Below are positions 9,307-17,746 of a stretch of DNA of 32,000 bases, in pieces. Below the pieces are notes generated by a model, which was given only the letters and a program-made list of their open reading frames with translations, was not told where the DNA came from and did not search any database. Each line of letters begins with the position of its first letter. Position 1 is the stretch's first letter. Source of the stretch: Flavobacteriaceae bacterium (GTDB taxonomy: Bacteria; Bacteroidota; Bacteroidia; Flavobacteriales; Flavobacteriaceae); NCBI GenBank assembly GCA_965224465.1, contig OZ245049.1, positions 2,460,001-2,492,000 on the forward strand. The letters are read 5' to 3'. A program made the translations under genes and the position numbers.

Positions 9307-10818
9307 ATGACGATCAGACACTCAAACCAACGATTAATCTATTTATTATCACCCTTATTTTTATTCATAAACTGCGAAAAAGACGAACTCATATTTGAGC
9401 ACAAACTAACAACCACTATAAGTCCAAAAGAAGGAGGAACAGTAACACCTTCTTCGGGAACTTACGAGGCAGATAACACGATAACACTTAAAGCAACTCC
9501 CTCTAAACATTATACTTTTAAGAACTGGAGTGGCAGTGCATCTGGTTCTAAAAATTCCATTTCAATAACACTAAACACAAACAAAAATATTGATGTAATC
9601 TTTGTAAAAAAAGACACTGATAACGATGGTGTCACAGATGATATTGATACATGCCCAAACACTCCCCCTGGAGAAGAGGTAACCAAGTATGGCTGTGCTA
9701 CTTCACAAACAGACACAGACAAAGATGGTGTTATGGACTCGCTAGACAGATGCCCAAACACACCAGAAAAAGAAAAGGCAAACAGCAAAGGATGTTCTAG
9801 TTCACAACTAGATTCTGACGGAGACGGAGTCGCAGACAACATTGATGATTGTCCAAATACCACAAAAGGCATCCCTGTAGATAAAAACGGTTGTACTAGT
9901 AAACAAAAAATACATATACCTGACGTTAATTTTGAGAAAAGGCTAATCGCTTTAGGCTATGACGATGTTTTGGACAACTATGTGTTTTACAAGAACATTA
10001 AAGAGGTATTGTATTTAGATGTATCCGGATTAAATATTAGCAATTTAACAGGCATAGAAGCCTTTGAAAACTTGACAATTTTAAACTGTAAGAAAAACAA
10101 ACTTACCCAACTAAATCTAACTAAAAACATAGCCCTAAAAGAATTATACACACGCAAAAATCAACTCAAAAACCTAAACATAAGTAACAACTCTGAGTTA
10201 GTAAAACTATACTGTTCCAATAATAAATTAGCAAAATTGGATGTAAGTAGCAATACAAAATTGACTCAAATAATGTGTAACAATAACCGATTAACACGCT
10301 TACATTTAAGAAGTAACACAGAATTAAAAGAGTTAATATGTGATTCTAACAAACTCCCCAGTTTAGATTTGAGTAACTGTAATAAATTGGTACGGATTTG
10401 GTGTGGATTTAACCAACTCGAACAATTAAACATACGTAAAAACACACAGCTACGGTATTTAATTTGCGCTAACAATAAAATTACAAGTTTGGATGTAAAA
10501 AGCAATCTTCAATTGTCTGAATTTGCTTGTGGAAACAACCTAATTACCGATCTGAACCTCGTCAACAATACACTCTTATCAGAATTTGCATGTGGACAAA
10601 ATCGAATTAAAAAGTTAGACATACGTAACAACAAACAGTTAAAGCAATTAAGTTGCGGTAAAAACCAACTCACTCGTTTAGATTTAAGTAAGAATCGTCG
10701 ATTAACAGACTTGTTTTGTTCTTACAATAAATTATTTTGTATAAAAGTGGCTCCAAACCACAATTACAGTTCATGGATTAAAGATACTGAGACTATATTT
10801 TCTCTGAATTGTAATTAA
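9307..10818 (+). CDS. Surface lipoprotein with an InlB-B-repeat-like domain, three thrombospondin type-3 Ca-binding repeats and about 11 leucine-rich repeats
   Basis: The lipobox is LFINC. GGTVTPSSGTYEADNTITLKATPSKHYTFKNWSG resembles a Listeria-Bacteroides repeat. DTDNDGVTDDIDTCPNTP, DTDKDGVMDSLDRCPNTP and DSDGDGVADNIDDCPNTT are TSP3 repeats. About 11 units of 21 aa follow the pattern LxxLxCxxNxLxxLDLxxNxx. Confidence 0.8.
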   Translation: MTIRHSNQRLIYLLSPLFLFINCEKDELIFEHKLTTTISPKEGGTVTPSSGTYEADNTITLKATPSKHYTFKNWSGSASGSKNSISITLNTNKNIDVIFVKKDTDNDGVTDDIDTCPNTPPGEEVTKYGCATSQTDTDKDGVMDSLDRCPNTPEKEKANSKGCSSSQLDSDGDGVADNIDDCPNTTKGIPVDKNGCTSKQKIHIPDVNFEKRLIALGYDDVLDNYVFYKNIKEVLYLDVSGLNISNLTGIEAFENLTILNCKKNKLTQLNLTKNIALKELYTRKNQLKNLNISNNSELVKLYCSNNKLAKLDVSSNTKLTQIMCNNNRLTRLHLRSNTELKELICDSNKLPSLDLSNCNKLVRIWCGFNQLEQLNIRKNTQLRYLICANNKITSLDVKSNLQLSEFACGNNLITDLNLVNNTLLSEFACGQNRIKKLDIRNNKQLKQLSCGKNQLTRLDLSKNRRLTDLFCSYNKLFCIKVAPNHNYSSWIKDTETIFSLNCN

Positions 10819-11424
10819 AAATTATGGATCGACCATAGAAAAACATGCTTAAAAATACGCTTCGGTAAATTCTCCTGTAAAATAAGCCTTAAATTTACAG
10901 AAGGATCATCCCGTTTGCGGTGTATTCAAAAGTTTTACTTCCTAGAGATATAAAACAGCTTAATAAAACACAATCTGCATCAACATCGTGTTTTAAAGGT
11001 TCTTTCCAATACAGATAATTCGCTTAAATACATCCATTAAGTACTCATAACCGTTGTGTCATAAGCGAAGCGTATCCATAGCAATTATTGTTTATTTTGC
11101 TAGGTTAGAAGAATACTACTTAATTAGAGCCTTCCTTAATTCATGTTTTTAAAAAGCAGAAAAATAGGAGCCCACCCTTTAGGAGAACCATATAAACACA
11201 AACACCTAGAATTAAAACACAAAAAACACGTGCGTATAACTATTTTTTGTACATTTGATTACTGCTTATAGATATATACGTCTTAATAATTAAAATGACC
11301 CAATGCTACATCGTAGGTTAAATGGATATGACATCTTGTTTAGCACTGCTACTGTGAGAATATGGGATTTTAAGTAATTTAACGCACTCAAGCGGTAGAA
11401 CATAACATAAAAAACAAATAAATT

Positions 11425-11907
11425 ATGCCAGAAAGATCCGTAGCAACAGTAGGCAGCATGCATGTGTGTCCAATGTGTTCAGGAACTGTTCCTCATGTAG
11501 GAGGGACTATTATTCAAGGAGAGAGCAATGTTTTAGTAAATGGTAATCCCGTTGCAACTATGGGGAGTATATGTACTTGTATAGGTGCTATCGGCACAGT
11601 TATACAAGGTTCGCCCACTGTTTTTGTTAATGGTAAGCCTATTGCTTGTGTTGGTGATATGACCCAGCACGGAGGGATAATTACCTCAGGCTCTCCGAAT
11701 GTTTTTATAGGTAGCTCGCCGGAAACCCCTACAAAAACAAATAACCTTCAAGAGATAGCGTTTCCTGAAATCTCCTTAGTTAATAGGATACAAGCAGTGG
11801 TTACAGGTAATAATGATGCATTAAAAGAAGCAGCACAGAATATGGAGAAAATAAAAAATGAGGCTGATAAAAATGGTTTTTTAAACGCTATAGATTTTAG
11901 TTTTTAA
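11425..11907 (+). CDS. PAAR domain protein (spike-tip protein of a contractile injection system) with a C-terminal extension of about 60 aa
   Basis: The sequence VGSMHVCPMCSGTVPHVGGTIIQGESNVLVNGNPVATMGSICTC...GSPTVFVNGKPIACVGDMTQHGGIITSGSPNVFIG shows three PAAR-type repeats with the classic GDxxxHGGxIxxGSxxVxI ending. The stop codon is 2 nt before the next start. Confidence 0.85.
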   Translation: MPERSVATVGSMHVCPMCSGTVPHVGGTIIQGESNVLVNGNPVATMGSICTCIGAIGTVIQGSPTVFVNGKPIACVGDMTQHGGIITSGSPNVFIGSSPETPTKTNNLQEIAFPEISLVNRIQAVVTGNNDALKEAAQNMEKIKNEADKNGFLNAIDFSF

Positions 11908-11909
11908 CG

Positions 11910-14900
11910 ATGAAAGAAATTACACATCCTGAAAAAGGAAAAAAGGTAGGCGCTAAAGTTAGTTCTACAATTTTCGGCACATACCCAATAGGAAAATTTA
12001 ACACTTGGCACGGAGGCACACACTTAGAGAGTATGTCTGAATTAGTAGCCATTGCAGACGGTAGAATAATAGCCTATCAAATTACAGACAATTACGAATC
12101 CGTAGCTTTTGAAGGGAAAGACCAAGTGTATTCAAAATGCTTTGTACTAATACAGCACGACTACGTAATTAAAAAGACAGAGGACGATACTAAAGAAGGT
12201 AAACCTATTCGGTTTTATTCTTTTTATCAACATCTAATGCCTTTATCTAAAATAAAAAAAACAAATAAATTCCCTTACTTTTTCTGTGATAAAAAGCACG
12301 TTATCAAAGCTAAAGAACAGGTAAAGGGTGCTAAAATGTACAGGTTTATAAAGGGTAAAAAAACCGAAAAAACATTTATCCCTAATGGCACAACCATTAA
12401 GTTAAACAAAACGGATAAAGTCACAAAAAATAAACATTCCTATACTAGAGTAACTTCTGTTGATGGTATTGCTCTTACAAATAAACACTATATAAGTGAA
12501 AGTTTTATTGGTACAGATCTCATTAAAAAATATAGTTATGTACGTACAGAATATTATACAGACCCTAATAATGATACCAAAGGAGGGCGTATTCGTGAAA
12601 AGGCAAGTGGTACATCTAAAATTGTAAATCTAATCCCCTACGGAAAAGTGGTTGCTATAGATATGTCTACAAAAGATAAATCTTGGATAAAATTAGCCGA
12701 TGGTAGCGGGTATACTTTCAAAAAAAGTTTAGAATATAAAAGTGTATTAAATAATAAAAAAATCACAAAAGATAAAGTTATAGGTTGTGATATCCCTGTA
12801 AAAGCAAACCAAACCATTGGACATGCAGGAAAAAACGGCACTTTAGGATTCGAAAATTACAGAAACTGTCATTTTGAAATTTTTACGGATGCAAGTGATA
12901 GCGACCTAAAATATTTTATAAATAATAAAGCAAAAAACAGTTTTAAAACGCCTCGCTTTTTTGAAATAGAAAACGGAGCTAAGTTAAAAGCTAATATTGT
13001 TAAATCGCTTGATATCAGCGCTAATACCCCTATAAAAGTACTCAAGGTAAAAGATTGTTCGATAAAAGTAGAAATAATTGAAATTATGGCTACCATTGCG
13101 TATTCTGATGTAATTGATAATAATGACAAAGCGAGTAGTTACAACCTAAAAGCGGATACTTTTGACACGGTTAATACCGCTTTTAATAATACATTAAAAG
13201 TAACAGATAAACTCTATTATATAGAGCGTTGCGATGAAAGCGGTAAAAAAATATCTAATAAAGAAAACGACCAACGTATAAAGGATAAACTTGCCCAATA
13301 CAGAAATGTAAAGTTTAACCCTAAACATATAAAACAACTATTTTGGGTAAAGGAAACCGATATTGACGTATGTACAGCCGGTGAAAAAGGGAAAATTACA
13401 ACTGCTTTAACCCAAGTGTATATTTATGAGCCTAAAGATGAAACCGAAGATTTAACCATAAACGAAGCATTGCTTATAGAAAATAAAGGATTAAAAACCT
13501 ATACCAATAAAAGCACTAAAGAAAAATGGTATGCTATTACATGTAGCTATATAGAAAACAATAAATTGGTTAGTAAAAAAGGATGGATAAGTGAAAATAA
13601 CAGTAAGTTTACTGCAAAAAACCCACATAATTGGAAAGAGTTTGGTTTTGAAATTATAGATGCAGGAAAAGATTATGTATATGAGGTAGAAGGCTATAAT
13701 AGAGCAGAAAACAGTGGTGATTTTATTAACAAAATGTGGGAATTAATAGATACCGACGGCAACAAACGTATTAATAGAGTGGAGATAATTAATGCATTTT
13801 CAGATAGTAAAAAACTAAATAAAATAGCTAAATTTATCTGCAAGCACAAGAGTGAATGGTCGTACACTATTGATAAAATAAAAGAAGAAGCCGAGCAGTT
13901 TTATAAAATAGGAATAGACGAAGCTACAGGTATAAAAAAAGATAAATTAACCGAAAAAAAAGATAAACTTATTGATGTGTTTGTATCTAAATTAGAAAAT
14001 TTATTGTGTTGGAAAGAGATACAAAATGCCAACTATACACCACCTGTAATAAAACAGAAAACGAAAACAAAAGATACGTTTAGGTTTTTCCCTAAAGATT
14101 TTCAAGAAATTATTGATGATAAAGAACCGCAAAATTTATTTATAGAAGAAATGATGCAAATTATGGATGAAAAGAAGAAAGAAGAAGAAAAACCAAAACG
14201 TGTAGTGCCTAAAGGTGATGTGTTTCATTATTTTCATCCTATTGCTTTTTTACAGCATATGAAGTTGATTACTGCAACAAATGTTATTTATATTTATTCT
14301 GATGGCACAATTAGTAAATTAGATTTAAAAGGGCTTAACGAAATAACTTATGTCTATGTAAGTTCTAATGGTAAAGAATATAAAATTTGCACTTGTGAAT
14401 TATTAGAAATTGATGAAAGGTTAAAAGGAGTTGCACATGATCAAGCAACAGCTCATGCTGTTAAATCAGGATATGATGCTGGTAATATTGTGAGTTACTC
14501 TCATGCTTCCTCACGTAAAAAATATACATATCCCGATGGGACTATAAGAACTTACGGGAAATATGATGGAGAATTTAGACGAGTTGTTTATAATAAAGGA
14601 GCAAGAAAAACACACATAGTTAAACTTCCTAATGGATTAAATACAAAAGTAAATAATAAATCTGTGAAATTTGCATTTACATCAACAGCAAGAACATATT
14701 GTGGGCCTGAACATTTTGCTTGTTTTATAGGAGCTTTAACAGAAGTAGGTTATGCTGATATTGTTTCAGGAGGAATGTGTGAAGAGGACGGAACATGCTT
14801 TCCTAGTATATCGCACAATAATGGTCAGAGTGTTGATACTAGTTATTTAGATGATGATATTAGAGAACAAAACTTTATAAATGCTATGAATAAATTTGGA

Positions 14901-15011
14901 TTTGATGGTCAGCTTAGAGGTTATGCAAAGAAGAAATTTGATCATACGACTGCTAAATCTCATCACAATTCGCACCTGCATTCAGGGGTGTTAAAACCAA
15001 AATATAAATAG
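11910..15011 (+). CDS. Large polymorphic effector: split LytM/M23-like domain with an SH3b-like insertion, an unknown central region with an EF-hand-like loop, a K/E-rich linker, and a C-terminal LAS-type (HxxGxxxD...HxH) putative peptidoglycan peptidase toxin domain
   Basis: 1033 aa with no signal peptide. The M23-like blocks are WHGGTHLE, VAIADGRIIAY, FYSFYQHL and, about 190 aa later, VKANQTIGHAGKNG and NCHFEIF. GGRIREKASGTSKIVNLIPYGKVVAIDMSTKDKSWIKLADGSGY is SH3b-like. DTDGNKRINRVE is an EF-hand-like loop (13749-13784). The linker is DEKKKEEEKPKR. The C-terminal motifs are SHNNGQSVD (14811-14837) and HLH (14973-14981). Confidence 0.7.
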   Translation: MKEITHPEKGKKVGAKVSSTIFGTYPIGKFNTWHGGTHLESMSELVAIADGRIIAYQITDNYESVAFEGKDQVYSKCFVLIQHDYVIKKTEDDTKEGKPIRFYSFYQHLMPLSKIKKTNKFPYFFCDKKHVIKAKEQVKGAKMYRFIKGKKTEKTFIPNGTTIKLNKTDKVTKNKHSYTRVTSVDGIALTNKHYISESFIGTDLIKKYSYVRTEYYTDPNNDTKGGRIREKASGTSKIVNLIPYGKVVAIDMSTKDKSWIKLADGSGYTFKKSLEYKSVLNNKKITKDKVIGCDIPVKANQTIGHAGKNGTLGFENYRNCHFEIFTDASDSDLKYFINNKAKNSFKTPRFFEIENGAKLKANIVKSLDISANTPIKVLKVKDCSIKVEIIEIMATIAYSDVIDNNDKASSYNLKADTFDTVNTAFNNTLKVTDKLYYIERCDESGKKISNKENDQRIKDKLAQYRNVKFNPKHIKQLFWVKETDIDVCTAGEKGKITTALTQVYIYEPKDETEDLTINEALLIENKGLKTYTNKSTKEKWYAITCSYIENNKLVSKKGWISENNSKFTAKNPHNWKEFGFEIIDAGKDYVYEVEGYNRAENSGDFINKMWELIDTDGNKRINRVEIINAFSDSKKLNKIAKFICKHKSEWSYTIDKIKEEAEQFYKIGIDEATGIKKDKLTEKKDKLIDVFVSKLENLLCWKEIQNANYTPPVIKQKTKTKDTFRFFPKDFQEIIDDKEPQNLFIEEMMQIMDEKKKEEEKPKRVVPKGDVFHYFHPIAFLQHMKLITATNVIYIYSDGTISKLDLKGLNEITYVYVSSNGKEYKICTCELLEIDERLKGVAHDQATAHAVKSGYDAGNIVSYSHASSRKKYTYPDGTIRTYGKYDGEFRRVVYNKGARKTHIVKLPNGLNTKVNNKSVKFAFTSTARTYCGPEHFACFIGALTEVGYADIVSGGMCEEDGTCFPSISHNNGQSVDTSYLDDDIREQNFINAMNKFGFDGQLRGYAKKKFDHTTAKSHHNSHLHSGVLKPKYK

Positions 15012-15013
15012 AA

Positions 15014-15763
15014 ATGTATAAATTAATACAAATATTTTTTGCACTAGGGTTATTGACTAGTTGTCTTGATTCTAAAAATCACAAAGAAAAATTAAAAGAT
15101 AATAATTTAGCAGAAATAAAAGTAGAATTAACAGATAGCACCTCGTTAAGAGTAAAACAATTATCTAATTTCAACTTAAGTCAGTTATCATTAGGAAATG
15201 ATAAGATTACTGATAAAGAGTTTAGAGGCAAAAATAGTTTTTACATTAAAAAAGGAACAGATGTAGAATTAAATAATGAATTTATTTACTCTTCAAAAGG
15301 TGAAATTTTAAAAGATTATTTTCATAACTTTTATAAACCGACAGCTTTATCATCAGTTGAAGAAGATAAATATCCTTTATATGATGATAAAGATTATATT
15401 CAAAAAGTAGGTATTAAATCTTCAGGACTAGAAAATATTATAAAAAATAAAGATGGAGTATACTTATGTGTGTTTTTTGTAAATTTTAATTATGATAAAG
15501 AATATGAGTCTTTTATTAAACCTATCAGGTATTTAGTTTCTTTTGATGAAAATTTAAATATTTTGAATGAATTCACTCTTAGTTTTTTTTATGAAACAGA
15601 AACAAAGAGTTTCATAAAATTATTTTATTTAGATGAAAACTTAAATATTTACACTAATTATTACAGGAACAAAGAGGATAAAGACGGAAATATAAAGGAG
15701 ACCTTTTCAGACTTATATAGGTATACCGTATTGTCTAATGGTACAATTTCAGAGAAGAAATAA
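15014..15763 (+). CDS. Lipoprotein, candidate cognate immunity protein for the 1033-aa effector
   Basis: 249 aa with the lipobox LLTSC. It starts 2 nt after the effector stop. There is no recognisable enzymatic motif. Confidence 0.55.
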   Translation: MYKLIQIFFALGLLTSCLDSKNHKEKLKDNNLAEIKVELTDSTSLRVKQLSNFNLSQLSLGNDKITDKEFRGKNSFYIKKGTDVELNNEFIYSSKGEILKDYFHNFYKPTALSSVEEDKYPLYDDKDYIQKVGIKSSGLENIIKNKDGVYLCVFFVNFNYDKEYESFIKPIRYLVSFDENLNILNEFTLSFFYETETKSFIKLFYLDENLNIYTNYYRNKEDKDGNIKETFSDLYRYTVLSNGTISEKK

Positions 15764-16331
15764 ACCTTACGATTATACACTTCATGAGCATAGAGCTCCA
15801 ACTTTTGGGTATAGAAGAGGCACACCTAGTATAAGGCTACATGCTGCAAGAGATTTATATTATGATGCTGAAGAACCAATTTATGCAATAGCAGATGGTA
15901 CTACAAAAAGAGTTTATGAATTTTATCTCGACACTTATGCTATTGAAGTTGAACATAATTACGAGCACGTCAAAGGACATAAATTGTATGTCCGTTATGG
16001 AGAAGTAAGTAAGAATAATATTTTAGTAAAAGTCGGAGAAGAAGTAAAACAAGGAGACCAAATAGCCGAAATAGGTTTATTATATAGTAAGAAAAAAGAT
16101 AAGTATATTATTCAACCATACCCTGATAAAAGAGGCATGTTGCATTTAGAAATGTACACAGGTGAAGCAAAAGGAAAATTAACTGACAAAACAGTAAAGT
16201 ATACAGATATGCTTTATGCAAAATCAGACAAATACCACAAAGGACGTTCTTTTCAAAGGCGAAAAGATTTATTTGACCCATTACCTTTGTTAAAAATTAT
16301 GTATAACAATTCTAAATCTGATTTTAAATGA
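15738..16331 (+). CDS. Small M23/LytM-like protein without a signal peptide (candidate second effector)
   Basis: 197 aa. LHAARDLY (HxxxD), IYAIADGTT, YAIEVEH, VKVGEEVKQGDQIAEIG and MLHLEMY follow M23 block order. It overlaps the upstream ORF by 26 nt and the downstream ORF by 4 nt (ATGA). Confidence 0.6.
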   Translation: MVQFQRRNKPYDYTLHEHRAPTFGYRRGTPSIRLHAARDLYYDAEEPIYAIADGTTKRVYEFYLDTYAIEVEHNYEHVKGHKLYVRYGEVSKNNILVKVGEEVKQGDQIAEIGLLYSKKKDKYIIQPYPDKRGMLHLEMYTGEAKGKLTDKTVKYTDMLYAKSDKYHKGRSFQRRKDLFDPLPLLKIMYNNSKSDFK

Positions 16332-16891
16332 GAAATATAAAATATTTTTTAGTACTAGTAGTATCCCTTTTTTTTAGTTTGAATTCTTGTATAGAGAAAA
16401 AAACTAATGTTTCTAAATTAACAAATGATACAAAGGCTAATAAAACACCCAAAAAGGAAATAGTAAAGAAAAATAATCCTTTTAAATATATATACAATGT
16501 AGATTTGGTAGGAATGGAAGCTTCTGAAAAAATTAAAGACACTAAGCCTTATGAAAAATATTCTGTTGACTTTACAGCTGCTTGCTATTCTAGTAATCTA
16601 TTGAAAATAAGAATAAACAATGAGATTGTATCAATCTCAAACTATAACGATTCGAGAATTGAACAATCATTTCATATTAGTGATACAAAAATCCAAAATG
16701 ATAGTTTAATAATTGAATCAAATTCTCCAAATTATTTTAAAATAATAATTGTAAAAGTAAAAAATGCTCAGGTTTACTCTTTAGAGTATAAAGGTAATTT
16801 AGAAATAGATGTAAAAATGAGTAAATTTATTTCAAGAGAAACTGACCTTTTTAAATTTGGAGGTATCGATTGTGATGATTTTGGAGGATAA
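16328..16891 (+). CDS. Lipoprotein, candidate immunity protein for the small M23-like protein
   Basis: 187 aa with the lipobox SLNSC. Its start overlaps the stop of the M23-like gene. Confidence 0.5.
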   Translation: MRNIKYFLVLVVSLFFSLNSCIEKKTNVSKLTNDTKANKTPKKEIVKKNNPFKYIYNVDLVGMEASEKIKDTKPYEKYSVDFTAACYSSNLLKIRINNEIVSISNYNDSRIEQSFHISDTKIQNDSLIIESNSPNYFKIIIVKVKNAQVYSLEYKGNLEIDVKMSKFISRETDLFKFGGIDCDDFGG

Positions 16892-16899
16892 GAGCTAGA

Positions 16900-17518
16900 T
16901 TGTGAACAAGATAAAAAAGTAAAGCCACAGTTTAAAAAGCTGTGATATTATGGTTTGTAAATTAAATTTGTTTTTATGAATAACGCTCAATTAAGTAAAT
17001 TATTTAATCCCGATGTTACGGTCTTACTGGACAGGGTAAAAGTGACTGATAAAGATATTAATGTGCATTTACTTTATGCATTGTGTAATGCTGTTAAATG
17101 TTCAATTTCAATAGAAGAGTTTAACCCTTCTATTTATATTGAAGATGTTAATAATCAAATTGCATTTAACAATCAACTAAACATAGAGGCTCCAGAAAGT
17201 ATTAAAGCATCTTTTATAACTACATTTAGGGTAGATTTTATCTATGATGATAATTTAAACAATCATGTATACTGTTTTTTTAAAACGCAACCTTATATCA
17301 CCAATAACGATTGCCCTGTTGAAATCGTTAATTTCAATAAATCCTTATTAGAATTAACACCAAACGATTGCTTACGGTATGTAAATAGTAAATTAAAAGA
17401 ACTCTATCCTAACTTATGGGACGATACATTAAACATTTCTATAAATATAACATTGCATCACTACCAAGCAGCAAAAAACAAGTGGAAAATAATAACACCA
17501 ATATCTGATTAAAAATAA
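16900..17518 (+). repeat. 619-bp direct repeat, copy 1 (contains the 178-aa ORF and 76 bp of its upstream region)
   Basis: Aligns base for base with 21398-22016 at a constant offset of 4498 nt. Only a few substitutions are visible. Confidence 0.9.
16976..17512 (+). CDS. Hypothetical cytoplasmic 178-aa protein, copy 1 of the repeated gene
   Basis: Intact ORF with no signal peptide and no motif I recognise. The paralog at 21474-22010 differs at 4 of 178 residues. Confidence 0.6.
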   Translation: MNNAQLSKLFNPDVTVLLDRVKVTDKDINVHLLYALCNAVKCSISIEEFNPSIYIEDVNNQIAFNNQLNIEAPESIKASFITTFRVDFIYDDNLNNHVYCFFKTQPYITNNDCPVEIVNFNKSLLELTPNDCLRYVNSKLKELYPNLWDDTLNISINITLHHYQAAKNKWKIITPISD

Positions 17519-17532
17519 TATTAAGAAGTATT

Positions 17533-17666
17533 TCAACAAATTATATAGGAAAGCTTTAGATATATACTTTAATAAAAAGGGTATACGAACAAGGAAGACC
17601 TATGGTGTTGAAAAACACATTCAAATGTGGACTTCTAAATAGTCGGATTTATTAGTTGAATTTAAG
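17533..17666 (+). repeat. 134-bp junction repeat, copy 1
   Basis: The stretch TCAACAAATTATATAG...TTATTAGTTGAATTTAAG recurs at 18754-18888 with scattered substitutions and one 1-nt indel. Confidence 0.85.
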
Positions 17667-17746
17667 CATGTCTAAATTCTATGATTTTAAAATATACACT
17701 AAAGACATACCTCAAAGTAAAAGATCTAACTCTTAATAAAGATAAA

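Noticed and set aside
9600-10750. Regular short repeats that could be mistaken for a CRISPR array or tandem DNA repeat
   Set aside because: The periodicity is in-frame within one long ORF (TSP3 repeats, then 21-aa LRR units). The units are degenerate at the DNA level, with no invariant repeats separated by unique spacers.
11910-15011. Rhs/YD-repeat or CdiA-type classification of the large effector
   Set aside because: No YD/RHS repeat pattern, PxxxxDPxGL core-end motif, FHA repeats or VENN-type demarcation are seen in the translation. Only the cassette logic is similar.
16324-16542. 72-aa minus-strand ORF; likewise the 102-aa one at 20745-21053
   Set aside because: Both are antisense to lipoprotein genes that have canonical lipoboxes and operon coupling. 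The composition is typical of A/T-rich shadow frames.
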